This document shows, piece after piece, positions 1-11,902 of a stretch of 64,000 bases of DNA. A program made the translations under genes and the position numbers. Position 1 is the stretch's first letter; each line of letters opens with the position of its first letter. Location of the stretch: positions 8,494,001-8,558,000 of the forward strand of contig OX597833.1 of the NCBI GenBank assembly GCA_951406725.2, given 5' to 3'. The notes under the pieces were generated by a model. That model was given only the letters and a program-made list of their open reading frames with translations. It did not search any database and had not been told where the DNA came from. This DNA is from Octopus vulgaris. Its lineage: Eukaryota.

Positions 1-1399
1 CTTCGAATTTACTGTGTCCAGGGCCCCCTCTTTGCTCTACCAACAAAATCCCATTAGTTTCAAACTGAACGCCAGTCACACTAGGCCCAGGGCAAGCAAT
101 TTTAAGGGGAGAATTCCAGTTGACTCTGGTCACTCCAGTACCTGATTGCTAGTTTCTTTTACGAATCCCCAGAAAGATGAAGGGCAAAGTTGGCCACAGC
201 TTGTTTAGAACTCTAACACAACTGTTCCCTTCCCTCTCTTCAATACTTCACCCCAATTGAGTGGAGGGGTGCTTCCTTGGCAAGTACTTAATGACCTCAC
301 TAGTACTGGTGCCACATAAAAAGCACTCAGTACACTCTGTAAAGGGGTTGGCATCAGGAAGGGCATCTAGATGTAGAGACCATGCCAAAACAGATAACTG
401 GAACCTGGCAGAACCGTCTAGCTGGTCAGTTTCAGTCAAACCATCCAGCCATTGCCAAAATGGGGAAAAAAAGACAAGTTAAATGATGATGTATCAATCT
501 AGAGAGACAAATGGATGGATTAAGAATTAACAGAGAATGAAGCAGATTCATTTGGTGATCAAATATTGGTTCATTGAGAGACGAGAGTTTAAGCGGAGCC
601 GAGAGAAAACAACAAGATGGAGTGGTGTGTTGAGGAAAAGTGATTACCAAAGATAAAGGTAAATCAAGGAATTCAGTTTGTGTTAAAGAGAAGCTGGAAT
701 TGCATTCAAATAAAATGGAAAACAAAATCTAGGTCTTGTAGGTGTGCATAATACATATTTATAATGCATAACACATACATATAATGGTGTGAACCCCATG
801 TGATATCCACCTGGGGGGGGGGTCTCTGTACACCTAGGTGGACTGTGGCAACATTAATGCTAAAAAAAAAATCAGTAGTGTATATTGAACTTGCGTCATC
901 TGATTCTGCTCCAAGACACAAACAGCACCGTTTCTTATCATTCTATTCTTCATTAACCAACATTCTGAACTGAAAACTGTTTCTATACAACAGGTGCTTA
1001 TTTTAGTTATTCCATTCTTCACCTGGTTATGTGTCTATGGGGGGGGGTAACATTTTTACAATGTCTGAATGTATCATTTCAAGCACACCTGACCCCTCAT
1101 TTATTGCAATCCTTTACCATGGCTTTCCTCGAGTTTATTCCCCCAGCATCTACCTCCACCACTTTTCCCGTCTTGTCTCCTTCCACAAGTTTGTTCTGTT
1201 TAGATTCCCCAATAATTCTTCATCCAACTTTCATCCTCCAAACACACCAACTGCCTCCACCATTCCTCTTCTGCCTTAAACTCTACATCTTATTCTTCCT
1301 AGACCCATTTTTTTTCTTTTCTCACTTCATTTGTATTCAAAGTAACAAAACTAGCATGTCTACCTCATTCCAACTCCTGCACACCTGTCGTTGATAAAC

Positions 1400-1925
1400 C
1401 CTTTCTCACCTGCCAGGTGCTTGTGGTCCCTTAACATCCGGTGCACCAAATAGTTTGTATTGTATTTACCAAAGTGAATTCCAACCAATCATGGTTGCTT
1501 TCCTGGCAGCAAAGAAATCCCGTCTTCACTGATTTACTTACAAGTTTCTTTTCTATTCAGCTATGAGGCCATCCATTTATGGCGTTCCCACAGAGAACCT
1601 GTCTTTAAACTCTCCTGTTTTGACCTGAAGAACTAAAATAAATAAGGGGCCCAGAATCAAGCCCTGATGAACCCTTAAATTGAACTTGTCTCACCTTCTA
1701 ACAACATCTCTGGACATCACTTACATCAACACCAGGTTTCCTTAGTAACCTTCACATTACAGACCACAATACCCAGTCAAAGGTCATCTCTGGTTCAACA
1801 AATGCTACATATAATGATTGACCCTTAAAAATTTCTTCTTCTTTGGTTGTCTTACTAGGAGGAGAGCATCAGTGGTACCCCATCCTGATATGACCCAAAC
1901 TACATTTCATTTGTCTAAAGCTAAT
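1400..1925 (-). mobile_element. degenerate RTE-type LINE reverse transcriptase remnant
   Basis: Minus-strand translation gives VHQGLILGPLFILVL (RT 'QG..LSP.LF' motif) amid stops and frameshifts. Confidence 0.55.
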
Positions 1926-2106
1926 CTCTGTGTGTGTGAGAGAGAGAGCGAGAGAGAGGGAATGTGTGTGTGTGAGTGAGAGAGAGAGAGAATGTGAGTG
2001 TGTGTGTGTGTACAAAGGTCAGTGTTGGTTGTACAAACAGGAAAAGAAACTGTTTAATGTGTGTAACAAGAGTTTATTTAGTTTTTGAAAAGCAGTGAGA
2101 ACTCAC

Positions 2107-2176
2107 CTCTGTGACTAACGAGAATTTCTCAGTTTGTGCAATTGTGCAGATGAAACCTTCGTACTTTTGTGATGAC
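2107..2176 (-). other. candidate 70-nt spliced exon (3' exon of the ZNF gene or of another minus-strand gene)
   Basis: Strong acceptor ttttgtgctgttcttcag| and donor GAG|gtgagt. One frame is open (SSQKYEGFICTIAQTEKFSLVTE). Confidence 0.5.
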
Positions 2177-2237
2177 CTGAAGAACAGCACAAAACAAAAA
2201 CCTGCACAGCAACAGAGCGAAAACGCACTTTTCAAGG

Positions 2238-2276
<39 letters not shown>

Positions 2277-2859
2277 GCACGCACACACACACACACGCAG
2301 GCACACATGACTTCTGCTTCCAAAGTGATTTTTTTTAGTTTCAGTAAACAATTATGAAGATCACAGAATTGAAACAAAAACATCCATTTGTAATTAGGGG
2401 AAGCATAAGAGAGAGAGAGAGAGAGAGGGGGGAGAGAAAGAAGAGTTCTGTATTCTGAGGACCCAAAGAACAATTCATGTTGGGTGTCAAGATTAGAAAA
2501 TTTCAAAGAAACCCTAAAATGGATGTTTTTACTTTTTGTTGTTGGTTTTTGTCTCTGGAATTGGTTAGTTCTTGTAGAAGTAGTGTTCTGTTAGAAAAAG
2601 TAATTGCAGCATGAAATATGGTGAAGACAACAGGGTGGGGTATCATAAACCTGATAGTGGATAAGTCCACCTTCCCCAATGTGATCGGCGTCGACATTTA
2701 CAGGTCCAAATATATTTACAATGGTTTCAACCAAGTTTATGGCTCCGTCAGATAGAGTCTGTCACTTCCCTCTTGGAGAAAGTCTTGAAATACATAAATA
2801 ATTCACGAGAAGGCAATTAGAGACGGTCGTTTATTTTACGTGTTGAGTGTGGGTGCCAT

Positions 2860-3125
2860 GTATAAGTAGATAGGTAGGTAATAGGTAGATAGAAAGGTAG
2901 GCAGACAGGTGGATAAAAGGTAAGTAGTCAGGTAGGTAGATAAATAGGCAACTAGATAGGTAGTAGGTAGGAAAGATAATAGGTACAAAGATATGTAGAT
3001 AGATAGGTCTATAGATAGGTAGATAGATATGTAGGTACATATATAGCTATATATATATAGAGAGAGAGGTACATAAATAGATAGGTATGAGAGTAGGTAG
3101 ATGGATGGATGGGAAGAAAGGCATC
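2860..3125. repeat. degenerate (GATA/GGTA)n tetranucleotide tract
   Basis: Directly visible in the sequence. Confidence 0.85.
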
Positions 3126-3459
3126 TAAATAGGTGGAGATTGGAAGATAAGTTGGTTTGCTGGTAGAAAGGGAAGAAGTTAGGTTGTGCAGAAGTGAGAG
3201 GCAAGTGGTACAAATGAGCTTCATTCATAGAAATCTGCAATGATAAAAGACATTTGCACAAGAAACTCAGACATAAAATGTGAGTAAAACGTTGTGTAAA
3301 GGGCGAGAGAAGGGATCGGGTTATTCACAAATGGTACAATTAAGGCTCAGGAGGATTATAATAATCCAGAGAGGGGGGGGGAGAGAGAGAGGAATTGTGA
3401 TTAAGTAGACTTTTCCTCATCAATCTCACCACAGTTTGTTATAAGTTTAATGAATTCAA

Positions 3460-6400
3460 TTAAGAATCAACTTTTTTCACATTACTTTTGAGGTTTTTGG
3501 ATGCAAGGTCAAGAAGTACCTGTGGCTTCTGGTAAGAGCCTTTCCTCGTGTTTAGAACTGATAACTGACCATGATTGCCATGAGAAACACTGGTTGGATT
3601 AGAAGAATTCCAGTGATTATTGGAACAAGTTCCACTTGAACCTGCAGCTGTAGAAATCCCATAAGACGGTAAATGTCTGCTGTCTGTGGCCCCTTGTTCT
3701 CCAGTCAAATCAACAAACATACATTCTGTTATTTCATTTTCTTTACAATTCCCTTCCGTTTTCTGCTTTAATTGTTTGTTGTTGTTGTTGACCAAGTTCT
3801 GTTTACTGTAATTCACTTTCCAACCGAGATGACAAGAAACATGTTTTTCTAACCGAGACACCATCTGAAAAGTACGATTACATTTGAGACACATTCGTCT
3901 TTTACTGTCCAAGATTGTTTTCATATCAACTCTGCTTTTAGTTAGAGATAATTTGGACAGCTTACTTACAGAACTACTGTGGTGGGATTGGTTAAGCTCC
4001 TTACTTCTCTGAGAGAGAGATTTCCATTTTGAAGATTTCTTAGTGGACAACGATGGAAAAGATTTATTTTGAATTTGTGAATGCCGTTGCCGTGAACCTG
4101 TTGGTTTCTTGGTCAATCTATTTAAGTCAGTAACATAATGGTTTAAGGCTTTCACTGATAATGTGAATATCTTACAGAGGTGATGCTGCCTCACATGTAA
4201 CTTACACATGTGGCGTTTTGCAGCAGAGAACAGACATAGCTTGCATTTGTAGCGTTTCCATTTAATACACTTACCGTTTTTAGGTGATGACTTTTTTATT
4301 GTTTGCCTGTCTTTAGTGGAAATCTGTTCCACAGAATTGTTTTCAAAACCCGATAAAGCAACTGTAAAATTTCTTTCTGCAGTTTTATCACACTGGGGTG
4401 GCTTGGTCACATGATCGTTTGGACTTAAATAGTTGGGTGTTGGTTCGTTATTAAAATTATTTGAGAAACTTTGAGATACGACAATCACATCTTCAGTGTC
4501 TGCGGCTGAACAACCTGCAGCATCAGGCAAACACTTATTGGCAGCTGTTGATAAATGCTCCAAGACTTGCACCTCATTATTACAGCAAGACTTGCAGCAT
4601 ATTGAGTCTGGACAGTTTGTTTCAACTAAATTAACAGGACATGGTTGTATGTTGGGGAGATGTCTACCTGCAACACCTGGAACATTACTTTCACTGTTTA
4701 ATACGGCTGCTTCCGAGCAAGAATTTACCTTCTCCGTCCAGCATTGCGTAGTTACAACAGTTCTTAATTCTTGGTATGGAACATTGGGACTATTTTTGAC
4801 AGCAATAATTTCTACGTCTTTCGTCTCAAAATTGCCACATGTGTTGGTATTGTTACCATTTGTAGCAATGAGTGGTACCTGTGTGTTGTTGTTGTTGTTG
4901 TTACTGTTGTTGTTGTCGACAGAACAGATACTTACAGGTATTACGTTTAAAGTTGGACTGATTTTATTTAGGTTGTGATTAAGGAGCACAGTTGGGGTCG
5001 TCTGCGGCTGGGTCTTCACAGTCACATTAAGCTTTGGATTGTTGCTGATGGATTCCAGGGGAAAGAGTAAGACCTTACTTTCGCCCAGTTTCGGATTGGC
5101 AAGGATCAAGCTGTCGCTCATCACAGATTTAGCTATAGTGTTCAAAGTACCATTTATTTTGGTTAGTTTGGAATTATCTGTTACTGCAATCTGTGTGACA
5201 GGCTGCACTTTTGGTGCAATATTCCGAGGAGGGGGGCGAACATTATCAATTTTAGTCTGTGATCGATTCTGAAGTTTAGGTGGTTGTACCTTGTAGGCAG
5301 AGTCGTTAGCAATGTCAGGCCAATCAAATGAGTTATTGCCTTCCTTAAGAGAGGGCAGAGGGCTCCGGACATTTCGGACTGGCTGGTTAACATGTTCCCA
5401 GTCGATACAGTCACGCAAGTGGTCTCGAAGTGATTCAATCTTGGGGAATATTTTACCACAACTCTCACAGCGAAATTTCTTCCGACCTCTTGAAGATTTC
5501 GGCATTATTCCTCGTATTAATTTCTGCTGTAAAATTTCATTTTCATATGCAAGCTGTTCTTCCTTCAGAGCCAGCAAATTTGCCTGGGCTTTCTTTTTAG
5601 CATCCAATATATCTTTGGCACTGTTGTTGGTGGTAGATGGCAATTTGTTCTGCAGTTTCTCAGAACTGGAATATCCACGAGGCTTCAACCAGTCACTTTT
5701 GTTAACTTTAGGCCTCAGACCATTTATCGGGTGACACTGGGAACTGCTGTTTGCATTGGAACAACAACTGTCGGATCTTTCTTTCAGCTCCTCCGCATGC
5801 ACGGTCAGCAGATGATCACCTAAACTTTTCTGATTAGATAATGTACGGTTACATTTTAAACAGATACAGTTCTTAAAATCAGCTAAATCAGATTTTAAAA
5901 ATGGTTTATCCAATTCAGAGTCAATTTTGGTTTCTGAGGCAACAGGAGTGGGTGTAGAAGGGGATGTAGTTAATTTGTCACAAGGTTCTGACTTTAATTC
6001 ACATAAATTACTCCCCATTTTAGACTCTTTCGAGATGTCGGTGTTGTCATTATTTTCATCTTTCTGTTCCTCAGAACATTCGTCTCCATCACTTGGAATC
6101 ACTTTGACAGCTACCTGCGTATTTTCCATGGGTTCCAAACTAAATAACTGTGTTGGTTCAGGATTGTCACGTGCAATTTCCAACTGTTTTTGGACAGCAT
6201 CATAAAATTGACTTTTAGTGGGTCCATTGTTAGGCAACATCTGTGCACAATGATTAACCTGGCTGCTTTGTAGAACCTTCTTGGCAAGATCTACAGAATG
6301 CTGCAGGAAATCTTTATGTTCTTCATATATACTTGGTTTGACAGTGACCGAAGCTTTCCCTTCGTCGTCGGGTGGACTGCGATTTGCAATCTGTATGTCT

Positions 6401-6645
6401 GTAGCACTATCATGGCGTTGCTTGCAATAAATTCGCTTGTGCGCCACGAGATAAGGCACGTCCCGGAACAGGTTTGAACAGGTGCGACATTCTAAGATGA
6501 TGTGAGTCTCTTTTAGAAGGTAAAGTAATAGTTCACTGGTGCCAACACTCACATATTTCATCAGGTCAAGCAAGGACAGATGCAGTTCTTTATGAGGCGA
6601 ATGCTGTTGGAGCCGAGACAGGTCAATATTCTCTACTGCCTCCAT
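3460..6645 (-). CDS. ZNF800: ZNF800-like C2H2/C2HC zinc-finger protein (~1060 aa, one large coding exon)
   Basis: Uninterrupted ~3.2 kb ORF. The N-terminal block DLSRLQQ...GTSELLLYLLKETHIILECRTCSNLFRDVPYLVAHKRIYC matches the ZNF800-family N-terminus as I recall it. Further dispersed fingers: CLKC..H..H, CESC..H...C, CKLC..H...HH, CLKC..H...H. Splice acceptor tttgtttttccag ends at 6648, so the track's GTG start is intronic and the first ATG is at 6645. Confidence 0.88.
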   Translation of the reverse strand: MEAVENIDLSRLQQHSPHKELHLSLLDLMKYVSVGTSELLLYLLKETHIILECRTCSNLFRDVPYLVAHKRIYCKQRHDSATDIQIANRSPPDDEGKASVTVKPSIYEEHKDFLQHSVDLAKKVLQSSQVNHCAQMLPNNGPTKSQFYDAVQKQLEIARDNPEPTQLFSLEPMENTQVAVKVIPSDGDECSEEQKDENNDNTDISKESKMGSNLCELKSEPCDKLTTSPSTPTPVASETKIDSELDKPFLKSDLADFKNCICLKCNRTLSNQKSLGDHLLTVHAEELKERSDSCCSNANSSSQCHPINGLRPKVNKSDWLKPRGYSSSEKLQNKLPSTTNNSAKDILDAKKKAQANLLALKEEQLAYENEILQQKLIRGIMPKSSRGRKKFRCESCGKIFPKIESLRDHLRDCIDWEHVNQPVRNVRSPLPSLKEGNNSFDWPDIANDSAYKVQPPKLQNRSQTKIDNVRPPPRNIAPKVQPVTQIAVTDNSKLTKINGTLNTIAKSVMSDSLILANPKLGESKVLLFPLESISNNPKLNVTVKTQPQTTPTVLLNHNLNKISPTLNVIPVSICSVDNNNSNNNNNNTQVPLIATNGNNTNTCGNFETKDVEIIAVKNSPNVPYQELRTVVTTQCWTEKVNSCSEAAVLNSESNVPGVAGRHLPNIQPCPVNLVETNCPDSICCKSCCNNEVQVLEHLSTAANKCLPDAAGCSAADTEDVIVVSQSFSNNFNNEPTPNYLSPNDHVTKPPQCDKTAERNFTVALSGFENNSVEQISTKDRQTIKKSSPKNGKCIKWKRYKCKLCLFSAAKRHMCKLHVRQHHLCKIFTLSVKALNHYVTDLNRLTKKPTGSRQRHSQIQNKSFPSLSTKKSSKWKSLSQRSKELNQSHHSSSVSKLSKLSLTKSRVDMKTILDSKRRMCLKCNRTFQMVSRLEKHVSCHLGWKVNYSKQNLVNNNNKQLKQKTEGNCKENEITECMFVDLTGEQGATDSRHLPSYGISTAAGSSGTCSNNHWNSSNPTSVSHGNHGQLSVLNTRKGSYQKPQVLLDLASKNLKSNVKKVDS

Positions 6646-9600
6646 CACTGGAAAAACAAAAAAATAAAACAGAATAAATACTAAAATTCAAACTCAGAAA
6701 TTTTACATTTAAATTTACAATGATTGTCGTGGATAGAGAATATATTCCCTTTATTCATTAAATCTGAAATTCAACAGGGATACTTACAATGAAACCCTTC
6801 ATACCAACAACCTCGACTTTGGTTCTATGATACAAAGGGATCCAAATTAAAAGCCTTCATCAAAATTCCAGGTTAATTTATGTTCCAAACTCCAACTTCA
6901 TAATAACCAAATTATTTCAATAAATTCTTCGTTAACTTGAAAATCAGTTTAAACAAAGTTATTTCAACAGAAATATGAGAACAAAGGGGTTCAGAAGTAA
7001 ACAGAGAAAAACCTCCAAGCATTAAATCCCAAATTTAACATGGGGAGGGCAGGAATTTTGGGCCCAATTTAACAGCCCCTCTTTCGGTACCTTTAACAGA
7101 ATCCATTCTGAAAGTATTATGGACAGGTCTTTGGTTTGAGGATAACTTGATCAAAGCAGTCTCAGGGGTCTTGGGTTCAGTCCCTCTATGCAGCACTTTG
7201 GCCAAATGCTTTCTACTATAGCCTTGGGCTGACCAATGCCTTGGGAGTGAATCTGGTAAATAGAAACTGTGGGAGCCTGTCTCTCTCTCTATATATGTAT
7301 GTCATCTCTTTTTTTGACTGAGGGCTGGCGAACCAGATGGTTGCACCAGGCTCCAGTCTTGATCTGGCAGAGTTTCTACAGCTGGATGCCCTTCCTAATG
7401 CCAACCACCCACAAAAAAACATTGGTTTAAGTGAACAGTGTTATCGTTATTGTGTATTATGTAGTCCAATGGACAGTGTGACATAACCAGATCCCTCCAT
7501 GGGACAAGCCTGGGAAGAAGAACTGATAGAGACCCAGTAAAAAGACAAAAAGAAATTGTTAAAAAGGGTGGATGACCTCATACAGGGTTATCAAGTGTTG
7601 ATGTGTAGGGAATGGATACACAATAAGAACCCTGAGAGTGAAAGGTCCCAACTTTTAATCGGAATATTTCTTCAGGAAATAGAAAACTCCAAATTCAAAC
7701 TCACACTGTCTCTTGTGTTACATGATTGCCATCAACTGAATGCTTATTAAGGGCTAAATAGTCTTTCAATGTGATGTGAATGTTAGCAAAACGTAAAGGA
7801 AACATCCCTGACAGAAATATGAAGGGTGGAACCCTGCAGGGGGTTTCTTGTCAAACCCTGCCAAGTGTTCAGCAACTCCTGTGCTTAGCTTCCGTCTTGA
7901 TGCCGGATCCACAATTAAGGACAAGAAGAGGTTAAATGTGGATGCTGCTGCACAAGGTCACCTTAATTGACATTAGATCATATGAAAATCATGTCTTTGG
8001 GATCCAATCTGAGACTGGAATCACAAACAGGGGAAGATCCTTCGTTATAGTAGCATGGGTGTCACACAAGTCTGACAACAAACTACTTTCAATGCCAGAG
8101 TGTCTTCATCTGCAAGGTTTACATAGGAGTAAAACAAGTCGTAACAGCATCTCACCAGACACACATCTGCATCCCTTACTGAAGGGTCCCATCAAAGTCA
8201 TGCTTTTCGCTGATTCCTTAATGACAAACAGAAGAAGACAAGTGAAATGTCCCAGCAGTAAAAGAGAACTTCACACGAGGGAGTCGTTAGTTTTCTTATT
8301 ACTCTAGGAAGTCCCTATACAAGTCAGTATTTGAAGAAATGGCAATAGAAAGAGAAGGGAGCAGTATTTTGGACATGTCATCAGGGCCCAGCCCCCATCC
8401 TAGAGGGAAGAGTCAATGGGAAATGAAGAAGGGGAAGATGGCTGAACAACATCAAAGAATGGACCAGAAAGCCTCTGGTAGAATACACAACCATGGCCAA
8501 AGGTTGGAATTGATGGAGCACATGTTCATAGTGCCCTGACCTTCAATAATGAGAAAGAGAATAGGCACTTTTTCGCTCTGGCTACTATTTTCCATCATTC
8601 CCCTATATTCTTCAAGACAAGATTTCTTCACCACCACCACCACTACTACCACCATCCACTCAAAATTTTTTATTGTTTTGTTTTATGTTCTGAGTTCAAA
8701 TCCTGCTGAGGTGGCCTTTAGCTTTCATCATTCTGGCAGCAATAAAATAACTACCAGTTATATAGTAGGATCGACTAAATTCACTACCACCAATAAAATA
8801 TGATATCCCACCAAATTATTGATATTTAGCCCCAAATCTACCTTAATCCATCGGTCTAGTAAAATATAGTAAAATATGAAAGTTTACCAATTATTTTGAA
8901 GAAGCAACTTCAACAAGATAGAAGTGGGTAAACCGTAAGAAAATCAAGAATGAGGAATGGAGAAAATACTAAATAACAAACGGTATTTTAATGAGACATT
9001 GTTATTGGGAAGGAATGTAATAATACAAGCGACTCCACAAAGCCAGTCCTCAATGAATGTGACGGTAATAACAGACACACGAGGCCCACACAGGATCTAG
9101 TTTGATGCGATCCGTTTTAGTACTTGACTGCTGTGGTATTTTACCGAACCCGGAACGATGTAAACCAGTCTTGACTCGGGCAGGATTTGAACTGAAAACG
9201 AACAAGGAGCCAACTAAATAGCGCCTTAACGGTTCGAAAAGTCAGAAAAACATTAATTTCCAACATAGATACACGGACAGAAAAACGAGCAAAGGTTTAA
9301 AATAGTCAATATCGATCTCACAACTGAACTCATGAATATTAATAATATTACAAGTGATGAAGTAACGTTAAAATATGTGAAAGTAAAAGGAAGAAAATAA
9401 AATTTAGACTGAAGGGACAAGTGTAGTCCCCATGGGTCCACTGTGGGTAGAGAGAGAGTGAGAGAGAGAGAGAGTCCTCTTTAATTACGTGGGTCGGACG
9501 AGAGGGTTTATAAAACTTGAAGGAATGTTTCAACTTCTTACACGTGCGTAGAAGAGTGTGAATGTGTATGTGTATATACGAGTGAAAGTGTGTATAAGAA

Positions 9601-9984
9601 CGAATATTCATGTAGTAGTGTGTGTATAAGTGAGTGTGCAATTGACAGCGGGTATGTATATGAGGGAAAGAGAAGGGTATGTGTGTACGAGAGTGTGTAA
9701 GGGAATATGTGTACGAGAAAGTAAGTGATGTATGTGTGTGTATGCGTGAATGAGTGTGTGTATGTCTAGGCCCGTGCGTATATTCCTATGTACACATTAA
9801 AAGAAGACAAACAGTATATGGCTTATCGTATTGTTTCACAAATACGTATTTTGTCTGCTTTTATCTTACATTCACCCCACCCATCGTCCCTCAAATCCGA
9901 TATCCTGAAAAAACAAAACCTTATATTTTATGGACAAGACAAACCTCAAAAGACAAAACACGAAAATTAAAAGAACAGAAAAGG

Positions 9985-10139
9985 TCAACGATGGGGGTCA
10001 AATGGTACAGGTCCACCAAAGAGTATAAACGAATCGGGTGTTGTTAAGTTAAAGTCTCCTGGTTGATGGTCTTTGGTGGTTCCTGCCATCTCCGCCCCTA
10101 ATTTGCTGACTTTTTCAAATATTTGTAGGTGAAGTTTTA
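9985..10139 (-). other. candidate exon with a short ORF (possible 5' leader exon/uORF of the ZNF800-like gene)
   Basis: Acceptor cgttatttcag| at 10140. ggagATGG at 10089 opens a 34-aa ORF, MAGTTKDHQPGDFNLTTPDSFILFGGPVPFDPHR*. Unique, non-repetitive sequence 3.3 kb upstream of the ZNF exon. Confidence 0.35.
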
Positions 10140-11424
10140 CTGAAATAACGACAAAGAGAGAGGGGGGGGGGGAGACGTTAATGATGAAGAAAATAAAGAG
10201 AAATAGTTTAATTATATAACGTGTGTGTGTGTGAAAAGGGCCAGGTGAGTAATGGAATGGTGATTTCTTTTCTTTCTTTGAAGAACAGTTCTACGAGAGG
10301 CGATCGGGTTTTACGTGATGAGGGAGAGAGAGAGAGAGAAGAAGGAAGAGAGAAAGACAGAGTAAGAAAGAGGGTGGTCAGACAAACAGACCGACAGAGA
10401 GTGTGATAGAGAGAGAGAGAGAGAGAGAGAGAATAGTGACAGTATATTTGTGTAAAAGAGGAAGAGAGAGAGAGAGCGAGAGGAGGAGGTCAGATAGGAG
10501 AGCAGGCAGACAGACAGACAAAGGAAGACAGGAGACGGACAGAGGTACACACACACACACATTAGTAATACAAATAAAATACAGTCAGACAGAGAGGGAA
10601 ATGCACACACACACACACACATATATATAGACAGGGGTATACAGCGACATACATATACACACAAATACACCCATCACCACAGATATATACCCATTCGTAG
10701 GCGCGCGCACTCAGGGACAGATGCACTACACACACACACACACACATAGACAATGTTACACAGCAACACACACACACGTTTATACATTCAAATACATTTC
10801 TTCACACAGAGAAATAAACGCATATACACACCCATCCAAACACACAAGGACAGAGATGCAACATACATAGAGACAATGTTACACATATATACACCCATCC
10901 ATGCACCACCACCCACATATATATATACATACACCCATTCAGGGCCAGAGGAGTGCAATAAAGAGGACGAAAGTGTATATAAATGTAGTTGTTGAAGAAA
11001 TAGCAGCAATGTGACAAAGTTGTCCTCATGCTGCACAATGTGGAGTGCATCGTAAACTGTGTAGAGTTGCATCCAAAGTGCAAGTGGTGGCCCTCACTGG
11101 GGAAGTGTTTGTTGGAGAGAGAGAGAGTGTGAGTGTGTGTATATATATATATATATATGTATGTATATCAGGAAGGATGAGGAGTGTCACCGCCGTGAAT
11201 ATGTATAAGGGGATGCATGTATGTATGTAATATGTTGTGTAGGCCACGTATGTGATGTGTGTGTGTATGAGAGAGAGAGAGAAGTGTATGGAAATGTATA
11301 TAGCAAGGTGTCGGTGTGAATTATCTGTGTGTGTGCGTGTGTTCATACATGTGCCTGTATGCGTGAACATCGCCTGTACACACACACACATCGGTGTGTA
11401 GATTACATATATATCTGTTTTAAA

Positions 11425-11640
11425 CGAAAGCCAACGAGGAATCCTGTACGCGGTCGCTCGACCTACTAGAAATAGCAGCCAAAAACCACCCTTTCCCAAA
11501 CCCACGGTATTAGAGAAAGAAAAGGACACACCAGATATTGTAATGATAGAGACTTTAAAAAGACGAGAGGGTCATGGCTGAAATGTCTTTGATCATGTAA
11601 CTGCATGATCAGAAGGATGGCCTGGGGCTAAACAGCGAAT
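11425..11640 (+). mobile_element. dispersed SINE-like repeat (gtcgctcgacctgctagaaatagcagccaa...ggctaaacaacaac family)
   Basis: Similar copies at ~28480-28625, 29690-29845(-), 32170-32410(-), 33110-33510, 35350-35550, 35560-35840, 38060-38230, 38840-39040, 63200-63350 and 63500-63650(-). Confidence 0.65.
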
Positions 11641-11662
11641 GATTGTGTGTATGTGCGAAGGC

Positions 11663-11698
<36 letters not shown>

Positions 11699-11775
11699 GC
11701 GCGCACATAACACATGAGTGTGTGTAACTAAGTTATATATTCACCTTACAGATTTGTTTGTGTGTGTGTGTATAG

Positions 11776-11806
<31 letters not shown>

Positions 11807-11808
<2 letters not shown>

Positions 11809-11838
11809 CCCGACCCCTGGCTGTCGTCCACACTCTCC

Positions 11839-11869
<31 letters not shown>

Positions 11870-11902
11870 AGGAGAGTGTGGACGACAGCCAGGGGTCGGG
11901 TA
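11807..11902. repeat. perfect 34-bp inverted repeat with a (TA)n/(CA)n spacer
   Basis: TACCCGACCCCTGGCTGTCGTCCACACTCTCCTT (11807-11840) and its exact reverse complement (11869-11902). Confidence 0.97.

Noticed and set aside
1663-1690. Other CTGANGA occurrences (also near 19330, 22150, 52198, 59293 and 61855)
   Set aside because: No downstream stem II + GAAA + NUH + stem I arrangement, so they are not hammerheads.
4496-6205. Plus-strand ORFs of 77-160 aa
   Set aside because: Antisense shadows of the ZNF800-like exon.
7740-8560. Plus-strand ORFs at 7936-8307 and 8339-8539
   Set aside because: They look like heavily decayed LINE sequence, with no diagnostic motif I can name confidently.
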